From: Candidatus Ratteibacteria bacterium
GTDB taxonomy: Bacteria; Ratteibacteria; UBA8468; B48-G9; DTJG01
Length of the DNA: 26,429 bases
Assembly (NCBI GenBank): GCA_049971295.1
Contig: JBMFLH010000022.1
Location: forward strand, 1 to 26,429
Reading direction: 5' to 3'
Shown here piece by piece: positions 17,700 to 25,059 of this stretch (within the stretch, counting starts at the first letter, position 1; each line of letters begins with the position of its first letter). The notes below the pieces were generated by a model. That model searched no databases, was not told the DNA's origin, and saw only the letters and a list, made by a program, of their open reading frames with translations. The translations under genes were made by a program, and so were the position numbers.

Positions 17700-18215
17700 A
17701 TGGCAAAATTCAGAAGAAGAAAATATCTTATCAACAAACCGGTTCAAATCGGATATTTCGGATTAACTGCGTGGTTTATATGTCTGGGGATATTACTGGT
17801 TGGAAGCATCACCTATTATATCACGCTCAATACCATTATCAATGAAATTCAAATTACATCGCCTGCATTTGACGCAGTTGAGACAGTACAAAAAATTAAT
17901 CTTTTGCTTCAGAAGAAACTTGCTGGTGTTTTTGTGGGGCTTGTTATTGTCGCTGCGATTCTGGTCATTCTGTATTTACACAGGGTTGTAGGTCCTGTTT
18001 TCAGAATTGAAAAAACGTTGCACGAGGTGATTGAAGGCAAACCATTTAATCCTATCAAACTCAGGAAAAAGGATAGTTTCAAATCCCTTGCTGAAACCAT
18101 TAATACTTTCGTCCTGCATTATGAAGAGAAAAATCAAAAAACAAAAGAAGTCCTGAATGAAAACCTATCAGACGCAGAAAAAATCCAGCAAATTAAGGAA
18201 ATTTTTAAGGATTAA
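17700..18215 (+). CDS. Small 2-TM membrane protein with HAMP-like domain
   Basis: RRRKYLINKPVQ, two TM helices, then HRVVGPVFRIEKTL...IKLRKKDSFKSLAETIN (HAMP-like). Confidence 0.75.
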   Translation: MAKFRRRKYLINKPVQIGYFGLTAWFICLGILLVGSITYYITLNTIINEIQITSPAFDAVETVQKINLLLQKKLAGVFVGLVIVAAILVILYLHRVVGPVFRIEKTLHEVIEGKPFNPIKLRKKDSFKSLAETINTFVLHYEEKNQKTKEVLNENLSDAEKIQQIKEIFKD

Positions 18216-18522
18216 CCCTTTCAGCATCAAGCCATAGTTTTTCAAGATTATAGAATTCTCTTGTTTCTGGCAGAAAAATATGCAGGACAAAATCTCCGTA
18301 ATCAAGCAAAATCCAGTTTGTTTCAAACCCTTCAATTGAAAAAGGAGGGCTATTGAACTTTTCAATCACTGCTTCTGCCATTGCCCTAATTTGAATTGTT
18401 GTTTCGCCTGAGACAATGATCAAATAATCGGTAATCCAGGTGAGTTTCCTAACATCAAGAATTACAATGTTTTCTGCATTTTTTTCTTCAAGGATTGCCA
18501 GTAATTTTTTCAGTTTCTCTAT
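18205..18522 (-). CDS. rsfS: Ribosome silencing factor RsfS (Iojap), probable ATA start
   Basis: Frame extends upstream of the listed ORF: EEKNAENIVILDVRKLTWITDYLIIVSG...QIRAMAE...EG...WILLDYGDFVLHIFLPETREFYNLEKLW. AGGAG lies 5 nt before the ATA at 18522. Confidence 0.93.
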   Translation of the reverse strand: MEKLKKLLAILEEKNAENIVILDVRKLTWITDYLIIVSGETTIQIRAMAEAVIEKFNSPPFSIEGFETNWILLDYGDFVLHIFLPETREFYNLEKLWLDAERVNP

Positions 18523-18541
18523 ATCTTCTCCTTTTTATCTT

Positions 18542-18550
18542 ATTATACCA
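18542..18550 (-). promoter_or_regulatory. Extended -10 element (TGGTATAAT) for rsfS
   Basis: Exact TGnTATAAT on the minus strand just upstream of the rsfS RBS. Confidence 0.55.
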
Positions 18551-18623
18551 GAATCTCCGCTATTTCTCAACTTCTGCAAGGTGTTCACTGGACAGAAAGC
18601 ATTTCTTGCGTTAAACTTGTTGC

Positions 18624-19658
18624 ATGAGAAAAATAAACCTGGCTATGATTTTTTCTTTCAGCATTTTTATTTTTCCCTCGTATGGACATCTCTGTGATAA
18701 TGTTTTCCGTCAGGCAGACAAACTCATTGTTAAGCCAGAAACCTACAATATAGTTGTGAAAGATAAAGCGACGTTCAAAATTTTTCTGCAAAACAATATG
18801 GACAGAGGCATTGCAGAAATCAGGTTGCTTGCTGAAAGTCCTGCGTTTGACTTCCAGATTTATCCTGAAAAGATGTCAATTCCAAAAGACCAGAGGGTAT
18901 ATTTTGAAGTGACAATGATTCCCAAACCTTCTACCTCCTCAGGAAACTATTCTGTAACTTTCAGATTGGTTGGTGGTGGAAGACAATTCAAAAGTTTCAG
19001 TATTGATATATCAGGTGATAAAGGGGACTCTGGCGAAATAAAAAAAGAAACACAACAAACCAGTCAGGTTCCTTTAATGAAGACACGATCAATTCTGTCT
19101 GTTCGCAGAACAAACCAATCTCCAAAAATAGATGGAAGGATTGTAGAAGAATGCTGGAAAAATGCTGGCGTTGCCGGAAATTTCTGTTTGTTTAATCAGG
19201 GCAAGCCGGTCTATCAGACCGTCGGGTTGCTTGCGTATGATTCAGAAGCAATGTATCTTGCATTTTACTGCAGGGACGGAACTCCGGAAAAAATCTCGGA
19301 TAAGGATAAGATTGAAATACAGATATCACCTGATCGGACAGGCAAAAACTATTATTCTATTATTCTGACAGGCGACGAAAAAATTTCCTGCAAAAAGGCC
19401 AGTTTCAACGGTGAATTTCAAACAGTATCTATAAATGGATTGAAATACGCCATGTCAAAAGGTGTGATTGCGTGGATGGTTGAAATTGCCATTCCCTTTT
19501 CTTCTATCGGAACCAGAGTTCCTGAGTCAGGAAATATCTGGGCTTTGCGAATCATACGAACAAAGGCAACGCAATCCTTTGAAGAAAGTTTCTGGGCAGT
19601 TGATGCATCATCCTATCATCAGGAAAAAGGGTTTGGTCAGGTTGTTTTTGAGCAATAA
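18624..19658 (+). CDS. Exported protein: signal peptide, Ig-like N-terminal domain and CBM9-like (DOMON-like) C-terminal domain
   Basis: Signal peptide ending SYG|HLCD and a beta-rich domain (IFLQNN...GNYSVTFRL). CBM9-like motifs PKIDGRIVEECW, YDSEAMYLAFYC.D, D.IEI.I and WMVEIAIPFSSIG. Confidence 0.75.
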   Translation: MRKINLAMIFSFSIFIFPSYGHLCDNVFRQADKLIVKPETYNIVVKDKATFKIFLQNNMDRGIAEIRLLAESPAFDFQIYPEKMSIPKDQRVYFEVTMIPKPSTSSGNYSVTFRLVGGGRQFKSFSIDISGDKGDSGEIKKETQQTSQVPLMKTRSILSVRRTNQSPKIDGRIVEECWKNAGVAGNFCLFNQGKPVYQTVGLLAYDSEAMYLAFYCRDGTPEKISDKDKIEIQISPDRTGKNYYSIILTGDEKISCKKASFNGEFQTVSINGLKYAMSKGVIAWMVEIAIPFSSIGTRVPESGNIWALRIIRTKATQSFEESFWAVDASSYHQEKGFGQVVFEQ

Positions 19659-19669
19659 TGTGCATCCCG

Positions 19670-20194
19670 ATGAAAAAATTGATTCTCGTCGTGTTCGTTT
19701 TTGCATATGTTTTCATTGGCTGGGCTGAACAGATTGACATTAATTTCGAATATCCCGACATAGAAGGCGATTTTTATCTTGCTGGGACGGTTTTTTTTCC
19801 GCCGTCTTCTGTTATGTCTGTCAATAACATCCTTGTGCTGGACGCCGGTACGAAAAACGAGATTGCTTCAAAAATTACGGTACAGGAAAAATGGCCTGAT
19901 GATTCAATTATGAGCGTCGAGATTATTTTCCCTGCAAACAGTCAGAAAAAAACAAATTATGCCATCCATTATGGAAGTGATATCAAAAGAAGAAAAACCT
20001 TTTCTGAACCTGCAGTTCTTCCCACGATTTCCTTTTTTCCAGCAGGTGCCGGAAGGCCTGTGGAAAATGTTGACATATCGGTTGGTCAGATCAATGTGAG
20101 GGTTGACAAGAGCACCAGTATCAGATACTGGTGGTACATTGCGCCGATGGGGATTTTTTGTTTTTCACTGTTTACAGAAGCGTCAGAACCATAA
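19670..20194 (+). CDS. Hypothetical exported/membrane-anchored protein (C-terminus probably frameshifted; restored end 20211)
   Basis: MKKLILVVFVFAYVFIGWA signal peptide and a beta-rich body. A C-terminal hydrophobic segment starts at YWWYIAPMG. Confidence 0.65.
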   Translation: MKKLILVVFVFAYVFIGWAEQIDINFEYPDIEGDFYLAGTVFFPPSSVMSVNNILVLDAGTKNEIASKITVQEKWPDDSIMSVEIIFPANSQKKTNYAIHYGSDIKRRKTFSEPAVLPTISFFPAGAGRPVENVDISVGQINVRVDKSTSIRYWWYIAPMGIFCFSLFTEASEP

Positions 20195-20207
20195 GGACTC
20201 AGAAATC

Positions 20208-21281
20208 ATGATACGCATTTCAGTCGCAAGAAGAATCGTTCAAGTTATCTGTCTTGTGCTTCTTGTTTATGGCGGTTATATTTTTAAGGACTGGAAAGAA
20301 TCCGCTGAAACCAGCCAGCAGTCAATTTTCCCTTCTCTCAAAGCACCAGAAGGAAGCGTGTCCACAACACAGTTTGAAAAGGGAAGCATTCTATGGCCAT
20401 CAGGAGCAACACCTGTAATTGAAAACTATCCACCTTCACTTGTATGTAGATTTAATCCAAAAGGAGGAATGTTCAAGGCATGCATCATGCACTTTTTTTC
20501 AGAAAATCTTACATGGCAAACACCTTTCAAATATCTTTTGCCGTATATCACTCTTTTTATTGCTCTGTGTTTTCTGCTTGGAAGGGCATGGTGCGGATGG
20601 GTGTGTCCAATTGGAACAGTTGGAGATTTCCTTACATATCTGCGCAGGAAAATGAATATCCCGGTCAGAAGGTTCCCGGAACGATTCAGATTTAACCTTT
20701 CCATCACAGGATATTCACTTATGGTGATTTCCCTTGCCATTTCAACTGTCATAGGCATGCCAAATTACGCAAGATTTCAATGCTACTGGTTTCTTCCTTA
20801 CTGCCAGATATGTCCTGCAAGATTGATATGTCCAATGTTTGGTCTGATAAAACCGAACTGGAAGGACTTTTCAACCGGTATTACCACCTGCTTTACGTTT
20901 CTTGCCTGGATTGTACTGGGACTTTTTGTTGCAGCGTTTTATTTTGGAAGAAGGGTCTGGTGTCATATGTGTCCTGTAGGACTGATTAATTCCTGGTTCA
21001 ATAAAGGTTCAGGAATAGAACTTCATAAGAAAGCCATCAGGTGTATTAAGTGCGGATACTGCGCGGATGCCTGTCCCATGGGGCTGACAGCAATGTATGA
21101 GTTGAACAAGGATGCCATTTACAATCAGACAGGTTGTATCATGTGTATGAGATGCGTGGAAGTATGTCCAAGAAAGGGCTGTCTGAACGTCAGTTTTTTT
21201 GGAAAAAAGATTGGTAATATGCAAAGGAGAAAATTAGATGCAAAAAAAGTTTCTGAGCCAGTACAGGGAAATATTGCGTAA
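20208..21281 (+). CDS. Membrane-bound 4Fe-4S binding protein (NapH/MauN-like polyferredoxin)
   Basis: RRIVQ, GRAWCGWVCPIG, RVWCHMCPVG, two ferredoxin motifs (CIKCGYCADACP, CIMCMRCVEVCP), extra CQICP..ICP, and several TM helices. Confidence 0.88.
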   Translation: MIRISVARRIVQVICLVLLVYGGYIFKDWKESAETSQQSIFPSLKAPEGSVSTTQFEKGSILWPSGATPVIENYPPSLVCRFNPKGGMFKACIMHFFSENLTWQTPFKYLLPYITLFIALCFLLGRAWCGWVCPIGTVGDFLTYLRRKMNIPVRRFPERFRFNLSITGYSLMVISLAISTVIGMPNYARFQCYWFLPYCQICPARLICPMFGLIKPNWKDFSTGITTCFTFLAWIVLGLFVAAFYFGRRVWCHMCPVGLINSWFNKGSGIELHKKAIRCIKCGYCADACPMGLTAMYELNKDAIYNQTGCIMCMRCVEVCPRKGCLNVSFFGKKIGNMQRRKLDAKKVSEPVQGNIA

Positions 21282-22479
21282 GAATCTGAAATGCAATAGC
21301 CCTGATTCTGAGAATATGTCAGCCCGTGTTTTTGAGTATATGAAAAAATCCAATCTTTCCTCAATGGAAGGATTTTATCAGGCAATATTAGATTTTGGAA
21401 GAAATGGAATAGATATCAGTGAAAAACCCATTGGATTTTTTTGCAACGTTGTTCCTGAAGAAATTATGCTTGCCGGTTCTCTGCGACCTGTAAGGTTGTG
21501 CTGCGAGGAGTATGAATGCGGTTCAAAAGGAGAAGAAATTGTGCCTGGAGATATTTGCCCTGTAATTAAGTCAATCTGCGGTAAATTTTACAGCAATTCA
21601 TACGACAATCTTGAAGTTGTTGTGATACCCGGCACATGTGACCCGAAAGCAAAACTTGCCGAGATTCTATCACCCGTAAAACAGGTGTATTTTCTTGACA
21701 CTGGAAGGGACTCTGAATACCTGGCCAATGTTGATATCTGGGAAAAAAAATATACACAATTTTTCCAGTTTTTGAAAGAAACATTTCACTGCAGTGCAGG
21801 GAGGCGGCAATTACTTTCAGCATGCAAACTTACAAATGCCCGCACAGAAGTTTTCAGAAATATTTATCAATTGAGAGCAGAACAGCCAGATGCGATTAAT
21901 GTTTTTGATTATTACATCATGATGTATGCTGGTTTTTTTATGAAGGTTGAAAAATGGAACGCTCTTGCAGAAAAGGTTTATCGACAGGCAAAACAAATTC
22001 ACAGATTTGTTGATAAACCCAGAATTCTTCTTGCTGGAACACCGGTAATTTTTCCCAATTTTAAGATTATTGATGTGATGGAAGAATCTGGATTAAAAAT
22101 GGCAGCAGACCTTCAGTGCATATCATTCGGGAGATTCTATAATCCTGTGATGATAGATGAAGAAACAGAAGCAGGCATCCTGCGGGCTTTAACATTGAAA
22201 AATATTGCCGGGAGCATGTGTCCGTGCTTACTGAATCTGGAGAAACTGGTCAATCTTATAATTGACACTGTGAATCAGTACAAACTTGACGGTGTCATTT
22301 ATTACAATCTAAGATTGTGTCAGGTTTTTGAGTTACAGACAGCATTAATCAGGCAGATTCTGAAAGAAAAAGGGATACCATTTCTTTCAATAAAAACAGA
22401 CCTTGGAAAAGAAGACACAGGACAATTGAAAACCAGAATGGAAGCATTCAGGGAAATGATTGAATCCCGCAACGAATGA
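21238..22479 (+). CDS. 2-hydroxyacyl-CoA dehydratase (HgdB/FldB/BcrBC) family protein, double-cubane cluster reductase (DCCP)-like
   Basis: IGFFCNVVPEEI, RLC, ICPVIKS, TCDPK, PRILLAGTP, QC, CPC, DGVIYY...CQ and ETD-like KTDL...DTGQLKTRMEAF. Confidence 0.88.
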   Translation: MQKKFLSQYREILRKNLKCNSPDSENMSARVFEYMKKSNLSSMEGFYQAILDFGRNGIDISEKPIGFFCNVVPEEIMLAGSLRPVRLCCEEYECGSKGEEIVPGDICPVIKSICGKFYSNSYDNLEVVVIPGTCDPKAKLAEILSPVKQVYFLDTGRDSEYLANVDIWEKKYTQFFQFLKETFHCSAGRRQLLSACKLTNARTEVFRNIYQLRAEQPDAINVFDYYIMMYAGFFMKVEKWNALAEKVYRQAKQIHRFVDKPRILLAGTPVIFPNFKIIDVMEESGLKMAADLQCISFGRFYNPVMIDEETEAGILRALTLKNIAGSMCPCLLNLEKLVNLIIDTVNQYKLDGVIYYNLRLCQVFELQTALIRQILKEKGIPFLSIKTDLGKEDTGQLKTRMEAFREMIESRNE

Positions 22480-22489
22480 AGGAGGCAAC

Positions 22490-23248
22490 GTGTGGAAGGC
22501 AGGTATTGATATGGGTTCTGTGATGGTGAAATGTGTAATTGTTAATGGTGAGACAATAATCGCAAAATCCGCAGCAAGGACTGTGCCGATGCCCGAAATT
22601 ATCGCAGACACAGTTTTGCAACAGGCACTTACAAACGCAGGGATTGATTTTTCTCTCATTGAAAAAATTGTATGTACTGGTTATGGCAGATACATCTATA
22701 CAAAGACACATGCAAAAGTAACAGAAATTTCTGCTGCAGCAAGGGCATCCTTTTTGCTTTCTGGAAAACAGAGATGTCTTGTGATTGATTTGGGTGGCCA
22801 GGACACAAAAATTATAGAGGTGGACCACAATGGAGAGGTGGTTGATTTTTTAATGAATGACAAGTGTGCGGCTGGAACAGGGAGGTTTCTTGAAATGATG
22901 GCAGGTGTTTTAGGCACAGACCTTCATGGTTTTGGAACACTTTCTTTAAAGGCAGAAAGACCCGTGACTATCAATGCTACATGCAGTGTTTTTGCAGAAA
23001 GCGAAGTAATTTCCTTGCTTGCCCATAATGAAAAAAAGGAGAACATTGCTGCTGGGCTTCTTAATGCAATTGCCGGGAGAATTTCAACCATGTTAAATCA
23101 TTTTCAGAGTCAGATGCCAGTTTTTTTCTGTGGTGGTCCAGCAGGGATACCAGGGCTGAAGCAGGCAATTGAAAAGGTAAGTGAAAGAAACATTAAAATT
23201 TTTGATAATTCGGGGTTTGTGGTTGCCTATGGTGCTGCGCTCAGTTGA
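22490..23248 (+). CDS. ATP-dependent [4Fe-4S] activase (acyl-CoA dehydratase activator, HgdC/DCCP-R type, ASKHA fold)
   Basis: GIDMGS, TGYGR, IDLGGQDTK, MNDKCAAGTGRFLE and TCSVFAESEVIS. GGAGG RBS precedes the GTG at 22490. Confidence 0.93.
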   Translation: MWKAGIDMGSVMVKCVIVNGETIIAKSAARTVPMPEIIADTVLQQALTNAGIDFSLIEKIVCTGYGRYIYTKTHAKVTEISAAARASFLLSGKQRCLVIDLGGQDTKIIEVDHNGEVVDFLMNDKCAAGTGRFLEMMAGVLGTDLHGFGTLSLKAERPVTINATCSVFAESEVISLLAHNEKKENIAAGLLNAIAGRISTMLNHFQSQMPVFFCGGPAGIPGLKQAIEKVSERNIKIFDNSGFVVAYGAALS

Positions 23249-23273
23249 CAGGATGAAAAAGTTTTAATAAAAT
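23245..23273 (+). promoter_or_regulatory. Sigma70-type promoter for the ferredoxin gene
   Basis: TTGACA (23245-23250), 17-nt spacer, TAAAAT (23268-23273); GAGGAGG RBS downstream. Confidence 0.7.
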
Positions 23274-23308
23274 TATCTGGTCTATTTTTTTCTCAAAGAG
23301 GAGGAAAA

Positions 23309-23494
23309 ATGAGAGTGAAGATCGATGAAAATACCTGCACTGGATGCGGTCTATGCGCAGATAGTTGTCCTGAAGTATTTGAAATGGGAGATACAACAGC
23401 AAAGGTGATTGCTGACCCAGTACCAGCAGATCAGGAAGAATGCGCAAGAGAAGCTGCCGAAAATTGTCCGGTAGATGCGATATCTATTGAATAA
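23309..23494 (+). CDS. Monocluster [4Fe-4S] ferredoxin
   Basis: CTGCGLCADSCPEVF...C..AAENCPVDAI; acidic 61-aa protein with a strong RBS. Confidence 0.95.
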   Translation: MRVKIDENTCTGCGLCADSCPEVFEMGDTTAKVIADPVPADQEECAREAAENCPVDAISIE

Positions 23495-25055
23495 AAGGTT
23501 TTATAGAGCAGTTTCAGGTATATCCATTGTTGCAATTTTTGTTGCTGGATGCAACCTGAACCACAGAGAAAAGGCGCAACAACATCTTCTGAAGGCACTG
23601 CAAGAGTACAGACAGGACATCGTTAAAAATCCTGATGATAGGGCTCTTGAAGAGAAGTATTATGTGCTTGCCAGATTGACGCTTGGCGACATTCAGGCAA
23701 AGATAGAGCTTGCTTTGATATATCAGGAAACCGGCAAGTCCGACCAGGCAACAGAAATCCTGAAACAAATTTCTACAGAAAATCCTGAGCAGGCATCTGG
23801 ATACCTGAAAAAAAAATTAGAATCTGCATATAGCATTGAGCAACGCATTGGAATTTATCAGGCACTTTCATATCTCAATCCGCAGGATACAAGCTATCTT
23901 GAGCAACTTGGTCGATTGTATCTTGGAACAAACCAAACAGAAAAAGCAATTATTGCGCTGGGAAACGCCATAAATTATGGCAGTAGAAACAGCGAGACAA
24001 TAAAATATCTTGTCAGGGCATACATAAATCAGAATAGGTATGATAGCGCAGAAAATCTCTTAAAAACACTTATTTCAAAAAAGGATGATATTCAATTAAG
24101 AGAGCAACTTGCTGATGTTTATAAAAAACAGGGCAAGAAGGATCTGTACCTCGCTGAAGTAGAAAAAATTTCCGAAAAAAAGGGAAAAAAGAAACTGATT
24201 GTATTCGAAAAGCCAGAAATTCAGAAAATTCCTGAATTGAAAAAATTTACACTTGGTGAAAAAATATCTGTAGAGCCCTACACATTTCTTGTTGTTGACA
24301 AATCCCTCCAGAAACTTTTTGTTTATAGGTTTGATGGTCAAACTTTTGAGCAACTTACGTCCATAGTGTGCACGACAGGGAAAAATATGGATGATAAAAA
24401 AAGACATGGAGACCTTGCAACTCCTGAAGGAACTTTTCTTATCAGGACATTTATTCCTGGATCAAACCTTGAACCAAAATATGGTGCAGGAGCATATGTG
24501 CTTGATTTTCCTGATTATTTTTCACAGAGACAAAATAAAGATGGAAGTGGTATATGGTTGCATGGGACACCGATTGAAAGACCTCCTTATAACAGCGCAG
24601 GATGCATTGTTGTTAATGACAATGATTTTCGTGCATTGCAACAATATATTGAGCCCGGTAAAACATATATCCACATTTTGAAACAGGAAAAGGATATGAA
24701 TCTTGCTGATTTTGTTCCTGTGTGGAAGACAGTAGTATCCTGGAAACAGGCATGGGAAAGCCTGGATACTGAAAAGTATCTTTCTTATTATGCAGATGAC
24801 TTCAAAAGCGATGGCAAGGATAAAAAGGCATGGAGCCAGTATAAGAAAAAAATAAACAAAGACAAAAAGTATGTGAAACTTGAGTTAAAAGACATAACAA
24901 TTGTTCCGTACGGAAACACGCAATTTGGTTATGTGTTTCTGATAGATGCAATTCAAAAATACGAGTCAAATAATTTGAAAAGCACAACAAGAAAAAATTT
25001 CTATCTGGTCAAGTCCAACGGAACTTATAAAATTATTGGTGAACTTGTAAAATAA
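23475..25055 (+). CDS. Lipoprotein with TPR repeats, L,D-transpeptidase (YkuD) domain and NTF2-like C-terminal domain (Csd6-like architecture)
   Basis: Lipobox VAGC, TPR helices, VVDKS.QKL, GD.ATPEG, GIWLHG...SAGCI and W..AWES.D...YLSYY. Confidence 0.88.
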   Translation: MRYLLNKRFYRAVSGISIVAIFVAGCNLNHREKAQQHLLKALQEYRQDIVKNPDDRALEEKYYVLARLTLGDIQAKIELALIYQETGKSDQATEILKQISTENPEQASGYLKKKLESAYSIEQRIGIYQALSYLNPQDTSYLEQLGRLYLGTNQTEKAIIALGNAINYGSRNSETIKYLVRAYINQNRYDSAENLLKTLISKKDDIQLREQLADVYKKQGKKDLYLAEVEKISEKKGKKKLIVFEKPEIQKIPELKKFTLGEKISVEPYTFLVVDKSLQKLFVYRFDGQTFEQLTSIVCTTGKNMDDKKRHGDLATPEGTFLIRTFIPGSNLEPKYGAGAYVLDFPDYFSQRQNKDGSGIWLHGTPIERPPYNSAGCIVVNDNDFRALQQYIEPGKTYIHILKQEKDMNLADFVPVWKTVVSWKQAWESLDTEKYLSYYADDFKSDGKDKKAWSQYKKKINKDKKYVKLELKDITIVPYGNTQFGYVFLIDAIQKYESNNLKSTTRKNFYLVKSNGTYKIIGELVK

Positions 25056-25059
25056 ATTT

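Noticed and set aside
20103..20207. Longer N-terminus of the polyferredoxin ORF given in the track
   Set aside because: It overlaps the upstream gene; family-like sequence begins at ATG 20208 (MIRISVARRIVQ).
18624..23494. Selenocysteine (in-frame TGA) recoding in the Cys-rich redox operon
   Set aside because: All expected Cys motifs are complete within open frames, and no TGA interrupts a conserved motif.
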